Positions 1 to 11,451 are shown, counted from the whole stretch's first letter. The stretch: DNA of 63,618 nucleotides, filler included, from Globobulimina sp. (GCA_003354225.1; 24 parts of 24 records of this genome joined end to end with filler, not necessarily neighbours in it); one strand, 5' to 3'. Made by a program: numbers and translations. Notes: generated from the letters alone by a model not told the origin.

Positions 1-1
1 C

Positions 2-1120
2 GACACAGCCATTATTAGTGGTTTCGTAATCATACACAGAAAAACAATAAAAATATGCTATCATTTCTTTTAAATTATTGAATAAATATTCTGATTGAAC
101 CATTTTAAGGCTCAGCTTTGTCGCTCCATTCAACATAGTAAAATGTTCCAGATTTTGTTTGAAGAGCAACACATTTACATACGGACAGAGGTCCATTGAT
201 AGCTTTTGTATCCAACCTCCTTTGCGTTTAAAACTGAGTGAATACGAAAGCAGCCACGCCACCAAATCCTTTCTTGTCTGTTTGGTCTGTTTTGCATTCA
301 AAAATGGAATTAAATAATCCGTAAAAGCAGCAGATTTGATATATTTAGTGTAGAATGTATCCATTACATCGCAAATACACTCACAGGAACTTCTTGATAA
401 CCGATATTTATCTTTTCTGCAAATAAGTTTATTACTTCGAGAATAATAATTACTCACTTTCTCTCTTAATAAAATGATATATTTTGAATTGGGGGCAAAA
501 TGTGCCAATGTTTTGGCGGTATAAGGCAATGAATAAAGTACTGGAGTTTTTGTAAAATAATATTTTAGCGATAAATTATTGCCCCAATTATTCCAATTGG
601 ACAAATTGAATTCGTTTAAATATTCTTTCCAATTATCTGCCGAACAATGTACATAATCATTTTTCAGATCGAAAGGTATTAAATTCCAGGATTTGTTGTA
701 AACGAATTCTTGTGTTTTGGGGTAAAGGGTGTCTCTCAAAGCACAGTCTCGAAAGAACTTAGGTTCATAGGGACCGACAATAAAATGATTAATGTTTTGA
801 AATAAATAGCGGATTGTTGTAGATCCACTGCATGATGCACCTAAAACCATTACCGTTGGATAATCATATTCCCATTCAACCAAATCATGATTGAAATCAA
901 AAGTGTTTAATTCGTCATTGTTGGAATAAGTTAAAATGGGATATTGATTAATTTGAATATTAGATGTGTTTTGACTGTTTTCTGCATTTAGAATATTATG
1001 ATCAAAGCGTGCCACATTCCAGAATAGAAATAAATTGTTTGTTAATGAGAAGAATGAGATTATCGATACTGATGCGACAATTATTATTGGTACGCCGCAA
1101 TTAGTGATAGATTTCATCAT
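2..1120 (-). CDS. Type II membrane (Golgi-type) sulfotransferase, 3' end truncated by the window edge
   Basis: Manual translation from ATG 1120 stays open to the window start, which is why it is absent from the ORF track. N-terminal TM (VPIIIVASVSIISFFSL), 5'-PSB loop PTVMVLGASCSGSTTIRYLF, EPKFF, TKTPVLY, 3'-PB motif KYIILLREKVSNYYS, and late MVQSEYLF. Confidence 0.75.
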   Translation of the reverse strand, partial: MMKSITNCGVPIIIVASVSIISFFSLTNNLFLFWNVARFDHNILNAENSQNTSNIQINQYPILTYSNNDELNTFDFNHDLVEWEYDYPTVMVLGASCSGSTTIRYLFQNINHFIVGPYEPKFFRDCALRDTLYPKTQEFVYNKSWNLIPFDLKNDYVHCSADNWKEYLNEFNLSNWNNWGNNLSLKYYFTKTPVLYSLPYTAKTLAHFAPNSKYIILLREKVSNYYSRSNKLICRKDKYRLSRSSCECICDVMDTFYTKYIKSAAFTDYLIPFLNAKQTKQTRKDLVAWLLSYSLSFKRKGGWIQKLSMDLCPYVNVLLFKQNLEHFTMLNGATKLSLKMVQSEYLFNNLKEMIAYFYCFSVYDYETTNNGCV

Positions 1121-1837
1121 ATACGTATCAATGAGAATGGTGTCTGACCTTAAAAAAAAAACTCTTATCTAACATAAGCAAAAAAACATCTTAAACAAGA
1201 ATACTAAGTAACAAGAATATGTAACCAAGTAGAAAACCTGGTTAGCTTTGAGTATGGTATGAGTAGAGCAGCAAAGCTCTTGGCGATCAGGTCCGACTCC
1301 TGTGCGCCACGGGTATGTGATTACCTCACAAACTTAAAAAGTGCATTTTTTAAAAAAATGCTGCATTTATGTGCAAAACAAGCATTTTTTAATGTTTTTA
1401 TCAAACACAAGTCCTTGCAAACAAGTTTTAAACACAAGAACCGCCAATGTCTTTTCTTCTCTTGGTGCAGCAGCTTTTGCATTGTAAAAATAATTTTATT
1501 TTATCGTTAATGTACCACTTTGTGCGCAGCCATAATATTGCCTTTTCATATTATTATTTCCATAATTCCATTGATCCATATCCTGTCCACATTTAACAAT
1601 CAACCAATCGATCCATGACATACCCGTGGCGCACCAGTGCTACCGAGCAGCCACACAATATGTTAAAAAATACATTGCAATCGCCTAAACTAAGAGATCG
1701 ATTTTATCATATGGTACCCCCTTAGAAATATGTCATTCCTATGACGCCGCGACAGTTTTCCCAGCAACTGCATGCCCATATTTAATATATGAGCAGTGGT
1801 GACTTGGTGGCGGGTACTCATATATTTATTTCTAAGG

Positions 1838-2067
1838 GGGACTTGGTGACAATGTTGGTTGAGGTTTATCCCGGGCGACCGCTGGTGACCTGGTGGTCGA
1901 GATTTATTTATGACGGGGCTTGGTGACAATGTTGGTCGAGGTTTATTTGAACCAAACCCTAAGAGGAATGTGGTCCAAGTTACGAGATTTCTTTATGACG
2001 GGGCTTGGTGACAAAGTTGGTCGAGGTTTATTTGAACCAAACCCTAAGAGGAATGTGGTACAAGTTA
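1838..2067. repeat. 85-bp tandem repeat (2 copies, 1898-1982 and 1983-2067, plus a partial copy at 1838-1869)
   Basis: Unit cgagattt(a/c)tttatgacggggcttggtgacaa(t/a)gttggtcgaggtttatttgaaccaaaccctaagaggaatgtggt(c/a)caagtta; 3 mismatches between the copies. Confidence 0.9.
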
Positions 2068-2288
2068 GCCTAAGGTGAAGGTGTCAGTTTTCCCTTGAAT
2101 CATGCCCAAGTTGAGTTTAAAAATTTGATCATATATTGCTCATATATTTATATGATATATTCTTGATAATATATTTAAAAAAAAAAAAAATATATTATCC
2201 CTTGACAGGTCCACCATTTATTAAATATATTAGCTGGGTCCACCATGTAATAGGGTGCAACAGAGTGCATTTCGGGGCGATAGACCCA

Positions 2289-2346
2289 GAGGCAAGAAGC
2301 ACGGAGGCAAGAAGCACAGATGCAAGTACGCCGGAGGCAAGAAGCA
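2289..2346. repeat. 15-bp minisatellite, about 4 copies (gaggcaagaagcacg)
   Basis: Directly visible tandem units. Confidence 0.8.
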
Positions 2347-2557
2347 TTAAAGAAACATTTTGTTTTGGACCCAGAGTTTTTCGACAAAGAACTTCAAAGT
2401 TTTTTGCGTAGTTATTTTTTAAGAGCATCCGGTTTTCAGCGTCAGATTTTTATTGGGGTAAGGTAGATGCAAACCGTTTCTGATGACTGACAAGGGCAAA
2501 AATTATATAGGTTTGCCGTCGTTTCTCAGAAACAATAATAATCTGACGTTGAAAACA

Positions 2558-2657
2558 NNNNNNNNNNNNNNNNNNNNNNNNNNNNNNNNNNNNNNNNNNN
2601 NTTAATTAATTAANNNNNNNNNNNNNNNNNNNNNNNNNNNNNNNNNNNNNNNNNNNN
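2558..2657. other. Artificial contig linker (N44-TTAATTAATTAA-N44), one of 23 at about 2655-bp spacing
   Basis: An identical 100-nt linker with stops in all six frames recurs (5215, 7871, 10527 ... 60965). The contigs between linkers shrink steadily from 2557 to 2554 bp. Confidence 0.99.
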
Positions 2658-3758
2658 TTATTCAAAAAAAACAAAGTAAGCTACACCAAGGGCTACGGCA
2701 AAATCACTGCGAAAAACACCATTGAGGTCACCAGCTCCGACAATAAGACCGAAGTGATAACGGCCAAAAACATCGTAATCGCGACGGGTTCGGACAGTGC
2801 GCGCATTCCTGGCATCGATACGGACGAAATCGACGTGGTAACCTCGACCGGCGCCTTATCCTTCGACAGCGTCCCGGAGCGATTATTAGTTGTCGGCGCC
2901 GGCGTAATTGGCTTGGAATTAGGCAGTGTGTGGAACAGATTAGGCAGCAAAGTGACTGTGGTGGAGTTTTTGGATCGGATCTTGCCCGGCGTTGACGGCG
3001 ACGTTGCCCAGAAATTCGAGAAAATGCTGCAGAAACAAGGCATGCAGTTTCGACTGAATGAAGGACTCAAATCCATTGAGCGCAAAGGGAAAACGTTGGC
3101 GGTTTCTGTGGAAAGCAACAAGGACAAAACCGTGAAGGTGGAGGAATACGATAAGGTGTTGATTGCCATTGGAAGGGTGCCGTATACACTCGGCTTGGGC
3201 TTGGAAGAGATGCAGATTGCGATGGATGGCCGCCATATTGCCGTGAATGACGACTTCGAGACGAATGTGCGTGGCATTTATGCCGTGGGCGACTGTATAC
3301 GGGGCGCCATGTTGGCGCATAAGGCGGAGGAGGAAGGCATAGCGTGCGCGGAGATCATAGGCGGCAAACCCGGGCATGTCAATTACAACGCGATTCCGGG
3401 AGTGATTTACACCTATCCGGAGGTGGCGAGTGTGGGCAAAACGGAGGAGGAGTTGAAGCAGAATGGCGTGGAATACACGAAGGGCGAGTTTCCCTTTTTA
3501 GCCAACAGCCGAGCTCGCACTAATGCGGAGACGGAGGGCTTTGTCAAGATCTTGGCGGATAAGCAGACGGATCGCATGTTGGGAGTGCACATTATCGGGC
3601 CCAATGCGGGCGAGATGATCGCCGAAGGCGTGATTGCTTTGGAATATGGCGCCTCTGCGGAGGACATCGCGAGGACTTGTCATGCACATCCTACGCTGTC
3701 GGAGGCGTTTAAAGAAGCCTGCATGAATGCGTGCGGCATGAAAGCGATTCATTTTTGA
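2658..3758 (+). CDS. DLD: Dihydrolipoamide dehydrogenase (E3), 5'-partial
   Basis: Frame open from the contig start (LFKKNKVSYTKGYGKIT). IVIATGS, NAD-binding GAGVIGLELGSVWNRLG, MLAHKAEEEG, and catalytic HAHPTLSEA; ends KAIHF-TGA. Confidence 0.97.
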   Translation, partial: LFKKNKVSYTKGYGKITAKNTIEVTSSDNKTEVITAKNIVIATGSDSARIPGIDTDEIDVVTSTGALSFDSVPERLLVVGAGVIGLELGSVWNRLGSKVTVVEFLDRILPGVDGDVAQKFEKMLQKQGMQFRLNEGLKSIERKGKTLAVSVESNKDKTVKVEEYDKVLIAIGRVPYTLGLGLEEMQIAMDGRHIAVNDDFETNVRGIYAVGDCIRGAMLAHKAEEEGIACAEIIGGKPGHVNYNAIPGVIYTYPEVASVGKTEEELKQNGVEYTKGEFPFLANSRARTNAETEGFVKILADKQTDRMLGVHIIGPNAGEMIAEGVIALEYGASAEDIARTCHAHPTLSEAFKEACMNACGMKAIHF

Positions 3759-3892
3759 TTTGATTTGATTTGATTTGATATAATTTTATTTAGAGATTGT
3801 GATCGATCGAAACTTTCTTTTTCTTTCTTTTTTTGAAATTAAAAAAAAAAAAAACTATTTAATTTCCACTCAAAAGTCTGGAGAATCAGAGA

Positions 3893-4895
3893 ATGGACGA
3901 TGCGACTTCCAAACTGTACACGTCTTTTGTCTTTCTGAGCATGACAACAATGGTTTTATGCAAGTTGTACCGAAAAAGGTACGTTTGCTTGCTCTCTCAA
4001 ATATTTTTAATAATTAATATCAAATCAAAACAGAAAAACTCGCATTGAAATCACTCATAAGTTTTGGGACGCATTTTGGCGATATCTACTAGCAAAGAAA
4101 GAACATCCTCAACTATTTGAGGCGAATTCGAAAATGTATAACAACATCTGCCATTTGTTGAACGTGGAGAAACCGTCCTATTCTGTCAATCATTTCTTCT
4201 CGCAAATGGTCAGCAAGCATTTGAAAAAGAAAAAGAAAAAGAAAAACATAAAACAACCTTTGTTGACAGTATTGGTGCCACTCTGTGGCTGCAGCTATGA
4301 TTTGTATTATATTGCATTGCTGCTTCAGACCGAATACAAACTCTCTCCCAAATTATTCAAAATCATCGGCATCGAATCCTCGATAATCGCGATCAAGAAT
4401 TTCTTTAAACAAAACCAAATGACTTTCATCCAAAGTTGCTATAACCCAAAATATATGAAACAGCCCGGCATATATCGCATCGATGTCTATTCCAGCATAG
4501 CAAACTCGATTAACATTATAAAAAGTGACATTTTTAACTACTTTGATCTGTCCAAACATTTGCAGCAGATCGGCGTCGCAAACACGCCCTGCTTGATTCA
4601 GCAAAACTCGATTGATATTATAATTGATATAAATGCCATGTCATGCATCAATCCATCGGATAGAACGCAGTATGCCAAGGCTATGAAATATTGGTTGAAA
4701 GATCAAGGATCAATGTTATTGAACACATATGCATACCATCCCAAACTAAGCAACTATCCGCCGTTTACTATTCATTATAAAGACATTCATCAATTGTTTG
4801 GAATGCATATAAAGTATAAATTGCTGGAGTCCAGGCATTGTGAGAATGGCATGGCACATCAATCAATTTGTCAGTCATGGACTATTCAAAAGTAA
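3893..4895 (+). CDS. Thiopurine S-methyltransferase (TPMT)-like SAM methyltransferase; exons 3893-3978 and 4034-4895
   Basis: Motifs VLVPLCGCSYDL, IIGIESSIIAIKNFF, DINAMSCINPSDRTQY and YPPFTI match the TPMT family. A GT-AG intron at 3979-4033 joins an upstream ATG in frame and restores the N-terminal FWDAFW motif. Confidence 0.75.
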
Positions 4896-5314
4896 CGCGC
4901 TTATATACGGGAATGGAGTGTTTTTCACATACAAAAAAAGCCATTTTTTGTTGATTTAATTAATTATTTTAATTTATTTTATAATGTATCATAGCATGAG
5001 CTGTTATGTAACATCACTGATTGTCATATCAAAGGCCCATTGCCAACCTGTGTTTTTTAGCAAATATACAAAGCTGAAACTCTTGTCGTTTTGAAAAAGT
5101 TACTTTAATTAAAATTGCATGGCTTCACTTTTTTTCTTATGGTTATTTCTGTCCGTTAATGAAATTTAAAATTGCGAAGTTGTTGACTGTCATCAAGGAG
5201 ATTGTAGCTGCATTNNNNNNNNNNNNNNNNNNNNNNNNNNNNNNNNNNNNNNNNNNNNTTAATTAATTAANNNNNNNNNNNNNNNNNNNNNNNNNNNNNN
5301 NNNNNNNNNNNNNN

Positions 5315-5557
5315 ATATTTTTTATATGAAAAGTTACAGTCATATCACAATGGTGTATTTCTGTGATATTGGACATAAAAAATGATAAAATAATGGATAT
5401 TAATAGTTATTTACATGTGGAACATCCACATAATAATTTAGTGAAATCTGAAAATAAAATTTAGTAAAAAATGATGAATTTTTATCACCGCAACTTATTG
5501 AAATGAAAGGAATGCCTTACAAGCGATGGTATCAAAAACAAATTTTAGCGGCAATAT
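5315..5557. repeat. Left arm of the long inverted repeat bounding contig 3
   Basis: 5315-5535 is the reverse complement of 7650-7870 (221 bp, 1 mismatch seen). 5536-5557 matches 7611-7632 after a 17-bp indel. Confidence 0.95.
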
Positions 5558-6337
5558 GTGTCGAAATTCCGGTTCCAATCAATTCCGCCATCATTAACAT
5601 TGTAAAACATTATATTTGAGGTTTTATCCGACTTCGTATTGAAAATACAAAATATTGCAATATCAATTTTTTTGATTCTCAAATTCAAATTAGAATCAAT
5701 TATAAGCACTATAAATGCAAATAAATATTAAATTTTATTGGTTTTTTTTTTTTTTGACTCAATATTTGATGCAGAATGTAGTGATTTTCAAAGATGTCAT
5801 CACACAGAATTTTCCAAAGCAGCAAAGTGACATTTATTGGATGATTATGGACTATTAAATTATTATAAACAACATAGTAAAGTATCAATTTTGCCTAAAA
5901 GAGGAATTTGGCAACAAACGACTGAACATATTGTCCAATTTTTTTATATGCGATTTCGCAATGTATGAAAAAATGGGAAATATCAAACAAAACCGCGAGT
6001 ACAAATTTTAAAAACAAATATGATTATTACATATTTAGCAACTATTTATATGTATATTTAATGGATTGTCTTTATTTAAATATTTAATTTTCTATTGCTT
6101 CATTTTTTCATTTTTGCACCAAGTTTTCTAAAAAGTGTGCTTTCAAAGTCAACAAAATCAGTCGTAAAAGCATGGCTTCGTTAAAATGGAATCCTGTAGA
6201 TAACTTTGTCTGATACTCATGTCAGACGTCCATAGTGGTTCAATAACCAACTGTGTATAATATGAAAGATATCCTTTGAAAACTCCATTAGTTACCAAAG
6301 CAATAATTCAGAAACAGTTAAAAAATCGACACGTGAT

Positions 6338-6856
6338 TTGCATCAGACAATCCGGCGGATCGAGGATTGCATTGCAGATCAGAAAGCAGAGCTTTGTGCC
6401 GCCAAAGAACAATTCGAGGAAGCCACCGCCAAGATGAAACTCAAGATGGCACGCATTTTCGACAGCAAGGTCGTTGATATCAGACGTACGATGACGAGGA
6501 ACGTCCGGGACTGCGTCCTATCAGGTCGGCATGGCCAACAAGGCCAGCGGGCCGCTCGCCACAGCGCCAGCAATTATTTAGCCCACAGCGCTCGCCACGA
6601 CGCAGCAGGAAGAGCAGCGCCACGAAACCGCGCCAACAACCCCCATTTAGCCCACGGCGCAGCAACAAGAAGCGTCGGCAGCGCAACAACAAGAAAGTGC
6701 CCCCGAGCTCGCGGTTCTATATCTCGCAAGACGTTAAGTCACCTTCTTCCGCAGACTTCGTCCACACTTGAAATCGCTGATGTCTTTCGCCGGCCGGTTA
6801 GCGATGGTGAGCACGCGACACAGATGGCTGATTCCTGCAACATCGCGTCTTCATAG
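6338..6856 (+). CDS. Hypothetical coiled-coil/low-complexity ORF in the GC-rich segment beside the tyrosine recombinase
   Basis: GC-rich island with overlapping open frames, typical of retroelement ORFs. No motif recognised. Confidence 0.3.
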   Translation: MHQTIRRIEDCIADQKAELCAAKEQFEEATAKMKLKMARIFDSKVVDIRRTMTRNVRDCVLSGRHGQQGQRAARHSASNYLAHSARHDAAGRAAPRNRANNPHLAHGAATRSVGSATTRKCPRARGSISRKTLSHLLPQTSSTLEIADVFRRPVSDGEHATQMADSCNIASS

Positions 6857-6993
6857 TTGCGTGCGATCAGCGAATCCCGCCCGAAACCAACTGCTCTGCA
6901 CTCCAGGCATAGGTCGGATACCGCGCCATGGATATAGAATTTGGGACGATCAGTCCCGCAGATACTGCAATAGAGGGTGTCAAGGAGTGCCAT
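6739..6993 (-). CDS. Small Cys-rich (CxxC...CxxC...CxxC) ORF downstream of the tyrosine recombinase
   Basis: MALLDTLYCSICG...LCLECR...CVAC; same strand as the recombinase, starting about 70 bp after its stop. Confidence 0.3.
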   Translation of the reverse strand: MALLDTLYCSICGTDRPKFYIHGAVSDLCLECRAVGFGRDSLIARNYEDAMLQESAICVACSPSLTGRRKTSAISSVDEVCGRR

Positions 6994-7062
6994 TGTTTTT
7001 GGAGGCACAGGAAAAAGAAAGTTTTGTTTGAGTGGAAAACACGAGTTTAAATTAAAGAAACA

Positions 7063-7619
7063 CTAACTCACAAGACTTTGCTTTAAAATATCTGCCAGAT
7101 TCGCATTGAACAGTTTCTTGTAGGGGACCATTGAGTCCAGGTTGGCCCATCTGGCCAGCTCTTGAATGATGTTGTCTGGGACTCCGAGGCATAGCCAATC
7201 CACCGTTCCACCGCTACGTAGCTGGTGAGAACTAAAAGCGTCTGGGTTTAAGCCACATAGACGGCAGAGGCTTTTGACTAAATGTCGGGCATCGTTTGCC
7301 GATATTTGCCGCTTAGTAGCCAAAAGATGGGGTCTGCGCAGTTAATCGTTCTTCGTTTCTGCAACATTTTCACTACTTCGTGCACTGCGCACGGTTCAGG
7401 GCAGGTGCAGATGCAGACCATGCGCTCTTTCTTGCCGAACTGGTTACATTTCGATTTGTAAAATGTGTAAACCAAATAACTGGGGTCGCGCATGTCTGGT
7501 ATGATGGCCAGACTGCCGACTGTCGGCGCGTTGCCGTTCTTGCCATAAGTATATTCGGAAACGCGTAGAAGTCCGAACTTCGCGAAACAAAGCAGTGCCC
7601 GCAGGGTCTGATATTGCAG
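7063..7619 (-). mobile_element. Tyrosine recombinase catalytic domain of DIRS/Ngaro/Crypton type; frameshifted and 5'-truncated
   Basis: Joining two frames (1-nt shift near 7305) gives GLLRVSE (Arg I), SKCNQFG (Lys), HQLRSGG (HxxR), ARW and SMVPY (Tyr nucleophile). Confidence 0.85.
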
Positions 7620-7870
7620 CTAAAATCTGTTTTTATGTTGATTTTAATATTGATACCATCGCTTGTAAGGCATTCCTTTCATTTCAATAAGTTGCGGTGA
7701 TAAAAATTCATCATTTTTTACTAAATTTTATTTTCAGATTTCACTAAATTGTTATGTGGATGTTCCACATGTAAATAACTATTAATATCCATTATTTTAT
7801 CATTTTTTATGTCCAATATCACAGAAATACACCATTGTGATATGACTGTAACTTTTCATATAAAAAATAT
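7611..7870. repeat. Right arm of the long inverted repeat bounding contig 3
   Basis: Reverse complement of 5315-5557. Confidence 0.95.
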
Positions 7871-7970
7871 NNNNNNNNNNNNNNNNNNNNNNNNNNNNNN
7901 NNNNNNNNNNNNNNTTAATTAATTAANNNNNNNNNNNNNNNNNNNNNNNNNNNNNNNNNNNNNNNNNNNN

Positions 7971-8185
7971 GGATTATTTTGTGATTCGACAAACCAAAAG
8001 AATAACGACGTTTCATCTGCATCAGGTAATGGCATATATCCTGCATACATTTTAAATGGAATCTCTGAAAATGATCCATTGTACAATGGGAGCGATGTAA
8101 TCAGATAATCATCGGGTACTAATACTAATGAATTACAAAATTCCAGGCAGAAAAAAATAATTATTGTCACCGTCACGAGTGCCAT
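7971..8185 (-). CDS. Serine carboxypeptidase (peptidase S10), N-terminal fragment with signal peptide
   Basis: Signal peptide, then ITSLP...FKMYAGYM...LFFWFVESQNN, the hallmark S10 N-terminus. Confidence 0.9.
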
Positions 8186-8316
8186 TATGTAAATGGAGTT
8201 TTTCTAGTCCTATTAAAACATGGCTTCACACACAATTGCTACCAAACTGACAAAAATAATGCCACAATCATTTGTTGATCTGCATCACCACGAAATAGAT
8301 AAGTTGTATCCAATCA

Positions 8317-8838
8317 TTGTCAATAAACTGTGTCTATCATATTATTATTTCAGTTATTTTACATATTATTATTTCAGTTTTTGATATATATTATCAACAA
8401 TTTTCTACAGATTTCTCATTCACACACAATCATCCAACCATCACCATAACTAACAAAGGAGTGTCAATTCAGTGTGCTGATGGCGAAGATATTTATTGTG
8501 ATGGAGTGTCATCATTTGATGAATACTTACAATCATCGAACAAAATTGTGTCCAAAGCAATGTTTAAAATGAATAAGCAAACAATAGTGACATACTCAGG
8601 CATTGGAATGTTGCGTAGCTCGCACTGCATATTTTCATGTGCAGATTATTCAAATAATTCAATCGAATCAAATCGTTGTACCACTGACTCGCTGTGGTTT
8701 AATGGCGGAGATAATATATCATTACAAATGCAAAGCAACCAAAATGTAATCAAATGTAATATTTGGAATAAACGCAACAATCAAATGCAAACTGTCAATC
8801 TCGACGGTATGCAACAGTACACTTTTAAAGTGTTGTAA
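8317..8838 (+). CDS. Hypothetical protein
   Basis: 173-aa ORF with no recognised motif; start codon uncertain. Confidence 0.3.
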   Translation: MSINCVYHIIISVILHIIISVFDIYYQQFSTDFSFTHNHPTITITNKGVSIQCADGEDIYCDGVSSFDEYLQSSNKIVSKAMFKMNKQTIVTYSGIGMLRSSHCIFSCADYSNNSIESNRCTTDSLWFNGGDNISLQMQSNQNVIKCNIWNKRNNQMQTVNLDGMQQYTFKVL

Positions 8839-9094
8839 CCAAAATGTAAATGTGTGTCATCAACAATTTGTGTCGAATTCAAGTCAAATGGTATGAGTAA
8901 GGTCTCGCTTGCCGAGTGTTGACAACATTCACCAATTTGTAATATAACCGCGGTGATATTCTTTCTTCAATTGTTAAATTTTGTAATGATGTCATCGACA
9001 TGTTTTCAATGTGTCCGTATGCGCCGCGGAATTGTTGAACGCCGTTAGCAGCGGACAGATTACAATGTTCTACAAAACTTACTGAAGCAGAAAC

Positions 9095-10343
9095 ATGGGC
9101 ATCTCCGTGTTTTTACATCAAATCCCTTGCTGGGCAGAATTATGTCAATTATTAGCAACTATGACTGATAAAGAAATAAATGACCTTATATCTAAAGCAT
9201 GGGAGTATGGAACTTACATTGCATGGCCAGGGGACTACGGTGGCATTGCCCAATTTATTCCATGTGATGCTGACAAAAATACAGAAAATGTTGACAAGAA
9301 AATCACAGAACGCTTCAGCGCTGCGTTAAGATACATTCATGACAAAAAACTTAAAAATGAGTATATTGAAAGAGATGTGGACATTCAATTAAAGTGTGGT
9401 GGTAAAAATGGCAAATTTTGGAGATTAAAAACCGAAAATCGTTCATATACAGTATCATATGGTAAATTATATAATAACTCACCAATTCGTCCAAATACAA
9501 TGACAAAATCATTTCCCACTGCTACTGATTGCTATAAAGAGGCCCAAAAAAAAATAAAAGAAAAAAAGAAAAAAAAAATATAAAGTAGATTGGGATAAAA
9601 GTGCAAGTTCAAAAAAGCAAAAATATAACAATCAATATTTGCAATTAGCAGACAAAATGGATAAAGTTATTCATTTATGCCAATCCAAAACAAAACAGTT
9701 TGCAAATGCTATTGGTACAGTAATGAATGGTTTATTTGATGCTAATATTTGTAACATAATAGCACAGTGTTGCAATGAAGATAAAATTGATCATTGTGAT
9801 TGTGATAAAGTGTTTGATGAGTATCGGAATCCAAACACTCCCATTGCTCGATTGTTAGAATGTGTTACGAGTTCAAACGATATACATTTATGTGAAGGGA
9901 TATATGGAATGGGACAACAATTTGGAACGGATGTATGTTATGGAAGCATTCGGGTATTCAGTCCAACAGAAATGAAGTTATTTGCTACGAGAATGATAAA
10001 CAGATTGTTGGAGGATGGCAATGATGAATTATTAATACAACAGATGATTAGGGATGCAATTAATGAAAGTGAAGTAAGTGAGCCATCAGTAAAAAGAAGG
10101 AAATTGAATGTTGAAAAGGAGGATATCTATGGAGATGAGATCATTTATAAAGTGTATTATGCTCTAAGTGCGTCAGCTATATTTAATACGGATAAGCAAG
10201 ATATTGTATGGAGGAAAGTGTTTCGATTAAAAGAAGATAAGATTCCCAACAACACTTATGAAGGGAATCATAGTTTATGTGTTTTATGTTTTGGATTGAA
10301 TGCTGCCGCCATGAATCGGGGTGTAATTGCACATTATTGGTAA
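9095..10343 (+). CDS. WGR-domain protein split by a 1-nt frameshift in the A10 run at 9569-9578
   Basis: KFWRLKTENRSYTVSYGK...KSFPTATDCYKEAQKKIKEKKKK(Y) is a WGR domain. Removing one A reads on (YKVDWDK...) into ORF 9639-10343. Confidence 0.7.
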
Positions 10344-10626
10344 AATAATATTATCATACTAACAAATCATGAAATATACAACGATGCGATGTTCCTTTTC
10401 CGTTTCTTCATTTTTAACATCTGCGTTGTGACTTTATCAGTTTGCTCAATATCTACTTCAGTTGTCATTATAACTCAGCTAAAAATATTAAAATACAATG
10501 CATGTCGGATTCTGTCACCTATCGAANNNNNNNNNNNNNNNNNNNNNNNNNNNNNNNNNNNNNNNNNNNNTTAATTAATTAANNNNNNNNNNNNNNNNNN
10601 NNNNNNNNNNNNNNNNNNNNNNNNNN

Positions 10627-11325
10627 CATGGCGTGCGATTGATGGGTGAATATTTTTCATGAAATCTTCAATTGTGCAATTATCTGGATTTTTGATGACA
10701 AATTGGGAATATGCATCAGGGATAAATTGGGAGACTGGACAGCCCATATTCTTATCAATTGGCTGTGTAGGAATACGTACAATTGTTTTATTCGCTCTTT
10801 CTGTCCTTTCTTTCGTCTCTGAGTCAGTTTCTCTCTTTTGCTGTTTGCGAACGTTGGAAAAATACAATGGTCGCGCAGTCGGTAATCCAATCGGTTATCG
10901 CTTTGAAACATATTTGAAATTAAATTCATATTTGGTATGAGTGGTATTTGTGGTATGAGTGGTATTTGGGAATTAGGAAAAAATTCTTTTGCTTTTTTAT
11001 TTAAACACTTTGTTATTTGGTTTATTTTTTTTATTTCTTTTTCTTTGGTTTCCTCCATATATGACCAGAGTGCACTATATATATCTTGGGTTGGGTCAAA
11101 ATCATCATCACCTTCCATATCATATGCTTCTTCGTGTAGATGATTTTCAATATCATCATCACATTTTGATTCGGATTGTTTCTGTTCATAGGATCCTCTC
11201 CACCATCTTACTAGGCCCCTTTGGGAGCACTTCAAGGGCATCACGGGTATCTCAGGATGCAGCTTTAAATTATTATTATTATGTGATGTTGGATTGTTAT
11301 TGTTTGCACCGGGTATGTTGGACAT
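10627..11325 (-). CDS. Hypothetical protein, probable frameshift near 10895, 3'-partial
   Basis: Two overlapping minus-strand ORFs. The second frame (PIGLPTARPLYFSNVRKQ...) runs to the contig end. Confidence 0.4.
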
Positions 11326-11451
11326 GGTTTCATGTATCTTAAAAAGCCGTAAAGTTTGTGTACCGCTTCAAAAACTTTAAATTTGCTTCGCATCCTTCTT
11401 TCTCCATCCGTTTGTCTGTTGTCGTTGTCTCGGCTTTAACCGTTAACAATT

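Noticed and set aside
1898-2067. CRISPR-like or telomeric repeat (contains aaaccctaa)
   Set aside because: Two adjacent near-identical units without spacers; the telomere-like 9-mer occurs only once per unit.
2558-2657. Regularly spaced TTAATTAATTAA palindromes as a biological repeat or nanochromosome boundary
   Set aside because: Each sits in the centre of an identical N-padded 100-nt linker between size-sorted contigs. Adjacency across linkers has no biological meaning, and ORFs ending in X...LIN are artefacts.
2693-3752. Antisense ORFs over DLD (and similar ones over PAP, the LRR gene and the DEP gene)
   Set aside because: Shadow frames of real genes, with no motifs of their own.
2658-3758. 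DLD as a bacterial insert because of its higher GC
   Set aside because: The protein resembles mitochondrial E3, ends cleanly, and is followed by a (TTTGA)n AT-rich 3' region and a spliced gene. Codon bias of a highly expressed gene is enough to explain it.
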